Shown: piece by piece, positions 18,974 through 31,059 of the stretch
Numbering within the stretch: position 1 is the first letter of the stretch
Layout of the letters: every line of letters starts with the position of its first letter
Assembly (NCBI GenBank): GCA_018992685.1
Contig: JACVGT010000021.1
Span: 64,001-128,000 of the forward strand
Direction: 5' to 3'
Length of the DNA: 64,000 bases
Source: Theionarchaea archaeon
GTDB lineage: Archaea; Methanobacteriota_B; Thermococci; Methanofastidiosales; SZ-28-30
Program-made: the position numbers and the translations under genes
The notes under the pieces: model-generated
Told to the model about the DNA's origin: nothing
Seen by the model: only the letters and a program-made list of their open reading frames with translations
Database searches by the model: none

Positions 18974-20313
18974 GTGATCCCCTCCTCAGCCTTTCTTGCC
19001 AGCTGGACAATGGCATCCTCCAAGCTGGTGACAGTTCCTCCTCGAAGGCGGGGAACGTTATCCATGAACACGACATTGCGGTCGAATTTCAAAGCCTCTC
19101 GCGTGGCCACATCAATGGCAGAGGCCTTTATTTCAGTAAGGAGAGTATCTGCCTGGGGAAGGAATTGGTTCAGGTCTTTCTTTAATCTCGGTCGATTAGA
19201 AAGATGGGGAGAAGCCTTTACTATTTCACAACTGAAGGTTTGTTCGAGGTAGGGTACCAGAGTAGATTCCAGGACTGAGGGGGGCGCCGTGGTAGCCAGG
19301 AATACTTTTCTACCTGAAATGTCTTTCAGGGGTACCGGCCTGAACACGCAGTGTGCCTGGGGGAGTTCGGGCTTGATTTCACTAATTGCTTTTTGCATCT
19401 CTGCCACTTTTTGCGGCGAAGCCATGGGTTCTTCACACATCATGAGGATGAGCAGATCGGCCATGAGAATTCTAAAGGGACCGAAGTACTCGTTGATGAA
19501 TTCCAATGGTTGATGCGCTCCTGCAATCACGATGCAGCAATCTGTATTCACAGGAGGGAAGGTGGTGCCTGACCCCTCTAGTATTACGAAGGTTGCTTCC
19601 AGTGTATTTGCCAGTTGGGCTCCTTTTTCCATATTAGATGAAAAAGGAACTCCAGCCATTCCACCACCACATCGCCTGCATCCGACTGTTGCTACGCGGG
19701 AAATAAGAGCATTCTCCCAGTGGTCTGACGCAGCGTGCTTTCCCTGATTTGCCTGTTTCAGTAGATACGAAGGAGTGAGTTCGATGGTGTCACCTCTGAT
19801 GATTTCGGGCTGAGCTGGACCTCCCCTTCCCATCGTCACAATCCAGGGAATATAACCTGAAGCCTTGAGTGTTCGGGCTATGTATCCCGAGACAGCAGTT
19901 TTTCCCACCCTCTTTGTTGTCCCCACCACGGAAAAACTGGGACGTTTCAGAATCTTTGGGTATCTTGGAGGTGTAAACAGGAAGTCTGATCCCTTGTATT
20001 GGACTCCTTCTTTCATGAGCGCACAGGCGAGATGTAACCTGCTGACGTAGTCCATAATCGGCTCGTCTGAAAGATCCACAACTTGCTCAATCTCATGAGC
20101 CGAGCAAGCTGTCACAATAACGTCGTGAATATCTCTTGACTGGTTTCCTCTGTAGATAGGAATATCAAGATGTGCTGTCAATTCCTCAATGCTACCGACT
20201 TTTTCCGTTCCTCCCAAGAAAACAGCAGCTCTCACGTCACCTTCAATAGTTGCCAACGCATCTTTCGTTACTGGTGGATAATGTTCGCCGTCTATGAGGG
20301 CAAGAATATTCAT
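18967..20313 (-). CDS. cpgS: Cyclic 2,3-diphosphoglycerate synthetase
   Basis: LIDGEHYPPV, GGTEK, DLSDEP, KRVGKTAVS, MGRGGP, HAASDH, GCRRCGGG, EGSG. Confidence 0.93.
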   Translation of the reverse strand: MNILALIDGEHYPPVTKDALATIEGDVRAAVFLGGTEKVGSIEELTAHLDIPIYRGNQSRDIHDVIVTACSAHEIEQVVDLSDEPIMDYVSRLHLACALMKEGVQYKGSDFLFTPPRYPKILKRPSFSVVGTTKRVGKTAVSGYIARTLKASGYIPWIVTMGRGGPAQPEIIRGDTIELTPSYLLKQANQGKHAASDHWENALISRVATVGCRRCGGGMAGVPFSSNMEKGAQLANTLEATFVILEGSGTTFPPVNTDCCIVIAGAHQPLEFINEYFGPFRILMADLLILMMCEEPMASPQKVAEMQKAISEIKPELPQAHCVFRPVPLKDISGRKVFLATTAPPSVLESTLVPYLEQTFSCEIVKASPHLSNRPRLKKDLNQFLPQADTLLTEIKASAIDVATREALKFDRNVVFMDNVPRLRGGTVTSLEDAIVQLARKAEEGITR

Positions 20314-20373
20314 CAAATGAACTTGTTTAGTATGTATTTAAGGGTTCGCTTGAGAAAGAAGGGACTTCTCATA

Positions 20374-20763
20374 CCTTTTCCCGTGGAACGAACCACGGGC
20401 TTGAGTTCTTATATTACTAGTTATTTGCGGACGAGGGGGCTTGGTTGATTCTGCTAGTTGAGATGGGGTGTGACGAGGACCGTAAAATAGGAGTGAAGTA
20501 ATTCGTTAGGAACGGGAAGGTGATTATTGAGTCTCGGAGAGGTCTTGATTGATTGTTTTTTGAGTGGCTGCCCTACCCCTTTATTTCCTGTGGAAGTGGG
20601 GAAGAGGAAATGGTCGCTTATGTAGTGATAGAAGAATGAAATGGTTACTTGGTTAAAAAAGATTGTACGCTTATAAAGATTCCTAACGAAAATTACTGCG
20701 CACCTAGCCGCGAAGTTACTTATCTTCTTATAACCCGTCATATTCCAGTGGAAATGAAGGGGG
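20374..20763. other. Replication origin (oriC) with ORB elements
   Basis: ORB TTCCAGTGGAAATGAAGGGGG (+, 20743-20763); inverted ORB TTCCACAGGAAATAAAGGGGT (-, 20575-20595); mini-ORB GTTCCACGGGAAAAGG (-, 20374-20389); non-coding region directly upstream of cdc6. Confidence 0.85.
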
Positions 20764-20812
20764 CGGAGGAAGGCTTAAATAGGTTTATCATGAAGGTGAC
20801 AACGGTGATACA

Positions 20813-22102
20813 TTGGAGGGTCAGAGATCATTGGACCAGCTCTTTGATGAGCTCTTGATTCAAAGGAAGATTTTCAAAAACAAGGAAGTGCTTCGCGACC
20901 ACTATACTCCCTCACTGCTTCCTCATAGAGATCTGCAAATTGATGAACTTGCTACTATACTTGTATCTGTAATGAAGGGTGAGACCCCTTCTAATATCTT
21001 TATTTATGGTAAAACGGGAACGGGCAAGACAGCTGTTACCATTCATGTAGGAGAAGCGTTGGTAAGAAAAGTAGGTGGATGTTGCTATATCCGTCCATAT
21101 GGAACAAAACTGGAGATAAAAAAGCCGGAAATGCGCATTCCTGTTTGGCTCATCTACACGAATTGTGAAATTGTAGATACTCAGTATCGGCTGCTAGCAA
21201 AGCTTGCAGAGTACATGGGGCAGTCAGTACCTTTGACTGGGTGGCCCACAGACAAAGTGTATGAAAGCTTTGTCCGCGCCCTGGACAAAGAGGAACGATT
21301 GGTGATTGTGGTCTTGGATGAGATCGATCGACTGCTCAAGAAAGGAAGCGATAGTGTCCTTTACAATTTGACACGCATCAACTCAGATCTGAAACGAGCC
21401 AAAGTGAGTATTATTGGAATTAGCAATGACCTGAACTTCGTGGAGTTTCTGGATCCCAGAGTGAGGAGTTCTCTGGGAGAAGAAGAATTGGTGTTTCCTC
21501 CGTATTATGCCCAGCAATTAGTTGACATTCTTTCCCATCGGGCAGAAGAGGCTTTTTTCGACAATGCACTGGATCTTGGGGTTATCCCACTGTGCGCTGC
21601 ATTTGCAGCTCAGGAACATGGTGATGCACGTCGCGCTCTAGACTTCTTGAGGATAGCAGGAGAAATTGCTGAAAGAGACAGAGCCTCTCGCGTGACTGAG
21701 AAACATGTGCGTATTGCCAAGAACCGCATTGAACAGGACAGGGTGACGGAAGTCATCAAGACCTTTCCCACCCAATCAAAGTTTGTACTGTTTGCCATAC
21801 TGCTTCTGGAGAAGTACAATGCTTCAGCCATTACCACGGGAGAAACGTACAACGTGTACAAGGAACTGTGCAGACAATCAAAGATGGACATTCTCACTCA
21901 GAGGAGGGTATCTGATATTATCAGCGAAATGGACATGATGGGGATAGTGAATGCAACGGTGGTCAGCAAAGGGCGATATGGAAGAACCAAGGAAATTCGG
22001 CTGGGAGTTCCAATGAGCCAGGTAAAGAATGTTCTGGAGAAGCACCACAAGATAGAACGAATTTCTAACTTTGTACCCCCTATTCAACGAAAACTTGTCT
22101 AG
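20813..22102 (+). CDS. cdc6: Orc1/Cdc6 replication initiator
   Basis: YGKTGTGKT, VLDEID, ISND, GDARRALD, winged-helix SKGRYGRT; TTG start after GGTGA. Confidence 0.96.
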   Translation: MEGQRSLDQLFDELLIQRKIFKNKEVLRDHYTPSLLPHRDLQIDELATILVSVMKGETPSNIFIYGKTGTGKTAVTIHVGEALVRKVGGCCYIRPYGTKLEIKKPEMRIPVWLIYTNCEIVDTQYRLLAKLAEYMGQSVPLTGWPTDKVYESFVRALDKEERLVIVVLDEIDRLLKKGSDSVLYNLTRINSDLKRAKVSIIGISNDLNFVEFLDPRVRSSLGEEELVFPPYYAQQLVDILSHRAEEAFFDNALDLGVIPLCAAFAAQEHGDARRALDFLRIAGEIAERDRASRVTEKHVRIAKNRIEQDRVTEVIKTFPTQSKFVLFAILLLEKYNASAITTGETYNVYKELCRQSKMDILTQRRVSDIISEMDMMGIVNATVVSKGRYGRTKEIRLGVPMSQVKNVLEKHHKIERISNFVPPIQRKLV

Positions 22103-22291
22103 GTTCACTCTACTTTTCCATTGATTTGACGATTCAGTTTTCTCATTTTCTTTTCTTTGGGTTCATGACACCGGATAGGGTAACCCTTCTTGTATGACAG
22201 GGACCATCTTCCCCTCTTTCACAGACTCTCACATGGCTGAGGTTCAGAAGCATTTTTTTTCCTAGGCTATAGGCTACTACCATAACCGTAA

Positions 22292-22321
22292 CATTTATAT
22301 AATAGACTAACTTCAAGTTAA
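22292..22321 (+). promoter_or_regulatory. TATA box with downstream HSR1/Phr-type heat-shock operator
   Basis: TTTATATA (22294-22301) followed by palindrome CTAAC-TTCAA-GTTAA (22307-22321), one mismatch from the CTAAC-N5-GTTAG motif described for Archaeoglobus HSR1. Confidence 0.7.
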
Positions 22322-22329
22322 GATAAGTG

Positions 22330-22998
22330 ATGCTTATGATTTCATCAGAACAACTTCTGGACGTACTGGGAAACGAAACACGGAGGATGATACTGGAACT
22401 GCTGGCAGAAAAGCCACGATATACTACAGAAATTGCCAGTTTGTTGAATATCGGTCAAAAGGCCATCAATGATCATCTCAAAATTATGTCTGACTTCGGC
22501 ATAATTGAGACGTACGTCCAAAAGCAGCAGAGAGGTTCTCCTCGAAAGTATTTCCAGGTCAATGAACGGTTCAAACTTGAATTTACATTGACTCCTGGAT
22601 TGTTCCGGATTTATGTGTTGGAACCTAGAAGTGATTGGAAATTCATCCTTGAGGAGTTTCCTGAGTTTAAAGAGCTGCAAAAAGAAGTGGAGCAAATACA
22701 GAAACTGAGGCAGATCGAGCAACATCGAAAGGTGTGCAGAGATCTGGTTCAAGAACTGGATCGACTGACACAGGCAAAAATGTATATTGAAAACCTGCTG
22801 GCAAGGACAAGAAAGCGGTGTATGATGATCATAGATTCTCTGGATCTGCCGCCTGTAGAGAGCAGGGTACTCTTTGAGGTGGTAACTGGAAAAGAAGGTC
22901 TCACTGTGGAGGGTATTGCTGAAAAGTGCAAAATTTCTACAGAAGAAACTGTACAGGCCCTGCAGAACCTGGAACAGAAAGGTGTGGTGAGATTATGA
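22330..22998 (+). CDS. ArsR-like wHTH heat-shock repressor (HSR1/Phr-like)
   Basis: LLDVLGNETRRMILELL, GQKAINDHLKIM, RGSPRKYF; coiled coil and second C-terminal HTH; first gene of a chaperone operon; exact start uncertain. Confidence 0.8.
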   Translation: MLMISSEQLLDVLGNETRRMILELLAEKPRYTTEIASLLNIGQKAINDHLKIMSDFGIIETYVQKQQRGSPRKYFQVNERFKLEFTLTPGLFRIYVLEPRSDWKFILEEFPEFKELQKEVEQIQKLRQIEQHRKVCRDLVQELDRLTQAKMYIENLLARTRKRCMMIIDSLDLPPVESRVLFEVVTGKEGLTVEGIAEKCKISTEETVQALQNLEQKGVVRL

Positions 22999-23531
22999 GT
23001 GTTATGTTCTGCGTGTATTGTGGGAATTATCTCTCGCAGACATGGCGGTACTGTCCATATTGTGGGAGGAAAATCTCAGGTGAATCAGAGTTGTTCGATG
23101 CTTTGTTCAGGAATGAGGTCAGGGGGATCAGCATTCAAATTATTTCAGGAGGCTTCAGAAGACAGGAGACGCGAAACAAGGCGGAACGATGGAGGATCCC
23201 TATTGAAGAATCCCAGGACAGGAATGAAGAGCATACCTTGAAGGTAAAGGACAGAAAGGGTGAACGCATCGGGGCTGAATCCCTCGTTGTGCCCAGGCGA
23301 GTTGAGGAGCCCGAAGGCAGGATTCACAGAATTGGGCAGCACTGGATAATCAGGGTTACTTTGCCTGGAGTCAGGAAAGAGAATATTGATGTACGAAAGC
23401 TGGAGACATCAATTGAAGTGAAGGCACACAAAAATGGTGAAGCATATTTTAGACAATTCGAAGTGCCAGAATCTGCACGAATCATCTCACAGCACATGGA
23501 AGGGGATGAACTCGTTGTAGAAGTGGGGTGA
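22995..23531 (+). CDS. Hsp20/alpha-crystallin-like protein with N-terminal zinc ribbon
   Basis: CVYCG...CPYCG; C-terminal EEPE..LPGVRKENIDV..IEVKA..LVVEV alpha-crystallin pattern; ATGA overlap. Confidence 0.75.
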   Translation: MSVMFCVYCGNYLSQTWRYCPYCGRKISGESELFDALFRNEVRGISIQIISGGFRRQETRNKAERWRIPIEESQDRNEEHTLKVKDRKGERIGAESLVVPRRVEEPEGRIHRIGQHWIIRVTLPGVRKENIDVRKLETSIEVKAHKNGEAYFRQFEVPESARIISQHMEGDELVVEVG

Positions 23532-23532
23532 C

Positions 23533-24111
23533 ATGATGGATAAAAAAGAGCGCAGTGGCATGCAGCCTGAAACGAATGCCCAGCCTGCAGATGACGAGGG
23601 AGAACCCGTATCTGAATCCATTGAGGTCCCACCTCAATGTCAGGAAGAGATCGATGCATTATGCAGAGAGATTGAGGAACAGGATCGTACGGTGAAGGAG
23701 TATCTTTCCACCCTCCAGAGGTTGCAGGCTGAATTCGAAAATTACAAGAAAAGGGTGGAACGAGAGCGAATTGAGTATACAGAGCAGGCAAATACAGCCT
23801 TGCTTGAGAAATTACTTCCCGTTCTGGATAATTTCGAGCGAGCATTGAATGCAGAGAGTTCTGACATCCACTCATTGAGGAAGGGCCTCGAGATGATCTT
23901 CTCGCAGTTCAGAAAGATACTGGAGGGAGAGGGACTTTCATCCATCGATGCTCTAGGAGAAGAATTTGATCCTTACTATCATGAGGCCGTCTTGGTAGCA
24001 TGCGGCGATTATGAAGACGACACTGTTATTGAGGTGCTGGAGAAGGGATATATGTTTAAGCATCGCTGTCTCCGGCCTTCAAAAGTTAAGGTGGGAAAGA
24101 GAGGTGATTAA
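23533..24111 (+). CDS. grpE: Nucleotide exchange factor GrpE
   Basis: RLQAEFENYKKR, LLPVLDNFERAL, FDPYYHEAV, KGY..LRPSKV. Confidence 0.96.
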   Translation: MMDKKERSGMQPETNAQPADDEGEPVSESIEVPPQCQEEIDALCREIEEQDRTVKEYLSTLQRLQAEFENYKKRVERERIEYTEQANTALLEKLLPVLDNFERALNAESSDIHSLRKGLEMIFSQFRKILEGEGLSSIDALGEEFDPYYHEAVLVACGDYEDDTVIEVLEKGYMFKHRCLRPSKVKVGKRGD

Positions 24112-27158
<3,047 letters not shown>

Positions 27159-27354
27159 TTCTGGAATCCTTGCTGAGTTAGAGATCTGCACGTTACTCAC
27201 AGGGTTCCAAGAGGACTACTATCACGTTCCTGTATGCGGACATGAAACGTCATGTGAAAGATGCAAGTCCCTTCTTTTAACGCTCGGTCAGAGTACCTTT
27301 ACTTTTCCAATGCTCTCGGACAAGTCACTTAAAAAGACCAATCCAGGTCTTCTC

Positions 27355-27588
27355 ATGCACTATGAACTGGTAGCTCAATGTAATGCAGTAGAAAGACACC
27401 ACGTGATTCAGAAAATAGAGATGACTGGAGGACGAATCAAGGATATCCTGGAAGATGAACACGGGCTGCTGCTATTCATTGAATATGATGAACCACCAAT
27501 CCCTCGAAAAGGGCGCCTGATGGAGGTTTTGAGCGGCATTCTCTCGCAGATTGGGGATGGCGTTGCATTCCCCACTCCCTCAGCATAA
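27355..27588 (+). CDS. Small hypothetical protein (77 aa)
   Basis: TATA-like CTTAAAAA about 25 nt upstream of ATG 27355; fills the gap before dph5. Confidence 0.5.
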   Translation: MHYELVAQCNAVERHHVIQKIEMTGGRIKDILEDEHGLLLFIEYDEPPIPRKGRLMEVLSGILSQIGDGVAFPTPSA

Positions 27589-27620
27589 ACCCTTATATTG
27601 TTTCCGGATTCTCTTTTCTC

Positions 27621-28361
27621 ATGCTCTACTTAATTGGACTGGGTTTGAATGGTGATCTCACACAGGAGGGAGTTGCAGCTGCAAGAAGGTGCCGTGTCTA
27701 TGTTGAGAAATATACCAGCCTTCTCACAAGTTCGATTGAAGAGATCGAGAGGGTTCTGCAACGGACCACGGGCACCCTGTCCAGAAGAGACATTGAGGAG
27801 ACTGACAGGTTGCTCAGAGAAGCCGAAACAACTGATGTCGCACTTCTGGTGGTGGGGGATCCAATGGTAGCCACAACTCATTCTGAAATTATTATTGAAG
27901 CAAGAAAACGGAATATACCCACGAAAATTATTCATAATGCTTCTATTTACTCTGCAATAGGTGAAACGGGCCTTCAGATTTATAAGTTTGGCCGGACAGC
28001 AACGATTCCCTTTCCACAAGAAGGGTTCAATCCCACCAGTTTCTATGACATCATTGAAAAGAATAGGAGCATAGGAGCACATACGCTTGTCCTTCTGGAT
28101 ATTCAGGAAGACAAAAGAAGGTACATGAACCCTACGGAAGCGATGGAGATTCTGGACCAGTTACGATTTTCTGGTAATCTGATTTGCATTTCTCGTCTCG
28201 GTTCCGACAGCCAGCAGATTCTCTATGGTGACATCTCCACCCTCCTTTCCATTGAGAAGGATCACTGGGGACAACCTCCTCACTGCCTCGTAATTCCATC
28301 TTCTCTTCACTTCAAGGAAGAAGAGTCTCTGGAAGCCTTTAGTATAGAGGTGAGCACATGA
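27621..28361 (+). CDS. dph5: Diphthine synthase
   Basis: MLYLIGLGL, EKYTS, GDPMVATTH, GLQIYKFGRT, HTLVLLDI, PPHCLVIP..LHFKE. Confidence 0.95.
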   Translation: MLYLIGLGLNGDLTQEGVAAARRCRVYVEKYTSLLTSSIEEIERVLQRTTGTLSRRDIEETDRLLREAETTDVALLVVGDPMVATTHSEIIIEARKRNIPTKIIHNASIYSAIGETGLQIYKFGRTATIPFPQEGFNPTSFYDIIEKNRSIGAHTLVLLDIQEDKRRYMNPTEAMEILDQLRFSGNLICISRLGSDSQQILYGDISTLLSIEKDHWGQPPHCLVIPSSLHFKEEESLEAFSIEVST

Positions 28362-28651
28362 AAGAGGTTACAGAGGAAAAAATCACCACCTACCTCGCCA
28401 TCACAGAGAAGGCTCTATCAGTGCTGAAGGTCCTGCCTCCAGAAGGTTCCACACTGCGGAAAGTTGCCGAAGATATCCTCATGATGGCAACGTCATACTT
28501 CAATGACGCTCGCTACTACAAAGAGAAAGCCGACTATGTGACTGCCTTTGCCTGCGTCAATTATGCACATGGATACATAGACTCGGGGGTTAGAATGGGA
28601 CTGTTCATGGGAGATGGCAGCGGACTCTTTGCATTTGAACCCGCAGATTGA
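28358..28651 (+). CDS. DUF357 family protein
   Basis: MATSYFNDARYY..AFACVNYAHGYIDSGVRMG; usual neighbour of dph5. Confidence 0.88.
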   Translation: MKEVTEEKITTYLAITEKALSVLKVLPPEGSTLRKVAEDILMMATSYFNDARYYKEKADYVTAFACVNYAHGYIDSGVRMGLFMGDGSGLFAFEPAD

Positions 28652-28694
28652 ATCTTGACGTTCAAGGAATGCAGTAGCCTGAACCGGCGGATCA

Positions 28695-30824
28695 TCACAA
28701 GTCACTGTCAACTAAAACAACCTGACCGAAGCTCGTTCCACCGTCTCCTGGAGGCACTTCACAGTGAAGGTACAGGTTGGTTCCTCTGCGGTGCATTTCC
28801 TTTCTCAGAACAGTGGTGATGATTTCATTGTATGCCACTCCTCCGGAGAATCCAACTGGCATGTGCAGATCTTCATAATGAGATACTACTTCACTGTATG
28901 CCCTGCCCAGAGCAGCGTGTGCTGTTCGGGCAATATCCTTCTTAGACGCATTAATTTCAGAAATCTTCTTCACAAAGTCCCTCACCATGATTGCATCCCC
29001 TTCTACTTCCATTTCCAGACCAAGATCACATCCTCCCATGGCAAGAGATTCCGCTTTCATGGCAGGCTCTCCTTCATACGTTCTCTCGTAACAGATTCCG
29101 GTTAGAACAGCCACACTATCCAGGAAGCGTCCAGTTGAAGAAGTGAGAACCTTTTCCTTCTTCAGCCGCGATAAAAGGATTCTCTGTTCTTCTGGGGAAT
29201 AGCGGTAACCGGGAATTTCATGTTCCAAATAGCTGAGCAGCATCCTTTCTGGATATTTTGTAGCCAGATCTCCTCCAGGCATGGGCACATATTCCAGGTG
29301 GCCAAGTCTCTCTGACGCTGTAAGTATTTCACCCCCCCACACATTTCCGTCCAGCCCGTATCCCGCACCATCAGCTGTGATTACCACCATCTCCTGATTA
29401 TGCTCGGCCATCAGCCCACGTGCGTGCGCGAAATGGTGCTGTACCTTCTTCAAAGGAATCCCGTGCGTTTCACAGAATTCCTCAGCCTGCCGCCCTGTGG
29501 AGTACTGGGGATGCAGATCAGATACGATTAGCTCAACAGCAGACCAATCAATTCCCAGCAATCGCATCATATGGGAAATGGCTTCCTTCTGGAATAAGAG
29601 AGTGTCATAGTGTGACGTATCCCCTATGTGCTGGGAAAGAAAGGCTTTTCTTCCTTTGGTGATGCAGAATGTGTTGTTCAGCTCCCCACCTACTGCCAGG
29701 ACGACTTTTTCGTGTGTCACCGGAATTCCCCGGGGCACAAATCCTCGGGACCTTCTGATGAACATCCCATTCCTGATAACAGAATCATCGCACCGGTTGA
29801 CAATTCTGAGATCGTGAGCAAGAAAGGCATCTGCAACGGGTAGCTCCTGTCGCGCAGCAGCATTGTCGACTATCATAGGGTTGCCTGGGAAATTGGCTGA
29901 GGTCATGACAAACACGTCACTGTGACTGAAGTGAAACAGTATGTGATGAACAGGTGCATAGGGCAGCATGATCCCTATGGTGTGGAGTCCTGGAGCTACA
30001 GCTTCCAATGGAATCTTCTTGGGCAAAACGACAATGGGTCGCATCCAGGATTCCATGAGGTTTTCCTCCCCCCGGAAGTGAGCCAGGGCTCTGACTGCTT
30101 CTATGTTGCGAGCCATCAGAGCAAAGGGCTGTTGCGGACGATTGAGCGCTTTTCTCAACGTTGTGACCACTTCATTATCTATTCTACACGCAATATGATA
30201 TCCGCCCAACCCCTTTATGGCCACAATGTTATCTGCGTCCAGAAGACGTGCGGCCTTCTCTATGGACATGTCATACTTGGGGCCCTCTTGTGGACAGCAC
30301 ACGGGCTCTGCATGGTATCGTCTATCTGTAATGGTCGTATACTGTTCTTGACAGAATTCACACAGGGGAAAGGCCTTCATAGATGTCTTTTCTCGGTCAT
30401 ATGGAATTTCTTCAATGATAGTAAATCGCGGACCACAATTTGTGCAATTTATAAATGGATACATATACCTTCTATCTGACGGTGAGAAGAGCTCTTCCAG
30501 GCAGTCATCACAGACTGCAATGTCTGGAGGGATTATTGATTCACCACCTTCCCTCTTCCGGCTTTTCACAACTTCAAACGTCTTGAAGTTCTGATCAGGA
30601 AGCTCTTCTTTCTCAATTCTGTCAATTTCTGATATGGGCGGCTTCTCGTTCTGTAGATCGTTTAAGAAATGCTCAATATCTTCTGCGGATCCCTCTACGG
30701 AAATCTCAACGTGATCTCCCACGTTGGCTATATACCCTCTGAGGTTATTCTCCAGCGCAATGCGGTGAATGAAAGGGCGGAACCCCACTGCCTGGACGAT
30801 ACCGTGCACCTGAAGTTTGAGCAT
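28695..30824 (-). CDS. hypF: Carbamoyltransferase HypF
   Basis: Acylphosphatase GIVQAVGFRPF, zinc fingers CDDC/CTNCGPR, KGLGGYH, DLHP, QHHFAH, GDGG. Confidence 0.95.
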   Translation of the reverse strand: MLKLQVHGIVQAVGFRPFIHRIALENNLRGYIANVGDHVEISVEGSAEDIEHFLNDLQNEKPPISEIDRIEKEELPDQNFKTFEVVKSRKREGGESIIPPDIAVCDDCLEELFSPSDRRYMYPFINCTNCGPRFTIIEEIPYDREKTSMKAFPLCEFCQEQYTTITDRRYHAEPVCCPQEGPKYDMSIEKAARLLDADNIVAIKGLGGYHIACRIDNEVVTTLRKALNRPQQPFALMARNIEAVRALAHFRGEENLMESWMRPIVVLPKKIPLEAVAPGLHTIGIMLPYAPVHHILFHFSHSDVFVMTSANFPGNPMIVDNAAARQELPVADAFLAHDLRIVNRCDDSVIRNGMFIRRSRGFVPRGIPVTHEKVVLAVGGELNNTFCITKGRKAFLSQHIGDTSHYDTLLFQKEAISHMMRLLGIDWSAVELIVSDLHPQYSTGRQAEEFCETHGIPLKKVQHHFAHARGLMAEHNQEMVVITADGAGYGLDGNVWGGEILTASERLGHLEYVPMPGGDLATKYPERMLLSYLEHEIPGYRYSPEEQRILLSRLKKEKVLTSSTGRFLDSVAVLTGICYERTYEGEPAMKAESLAMGGCDLGLEMEVEGDAIMVRDFVKKISEINASKKDIARTAHAALGRAYSEVVSHYEDLHMPVGFSGGVAYNEIITTVLRKEMHRRGTNLYLHCEVPPGDGGTSFGQVVLVDSDL

Positions 30825-31059
30825 AATCCTCCCACTTGATGGACTTTTAAATCCCTTTTGGTTTGACAGACGCACGAACCGTGTTCGTGGCAGACCAGCG
30901 CTGCCGTATTAGTGAGTGACTGCTATCACTGGTTCTATGACACCTGTGCTTGCCCTCGCTTGATATGTCTGCCTTTCGTTGCACCGGCCTGCAATGTGAC
31001 GTCTTTTCTGTACCTGACGCATAGAAAATTCTTAAGAAGCCAGCCCGTCATGATGCAAT

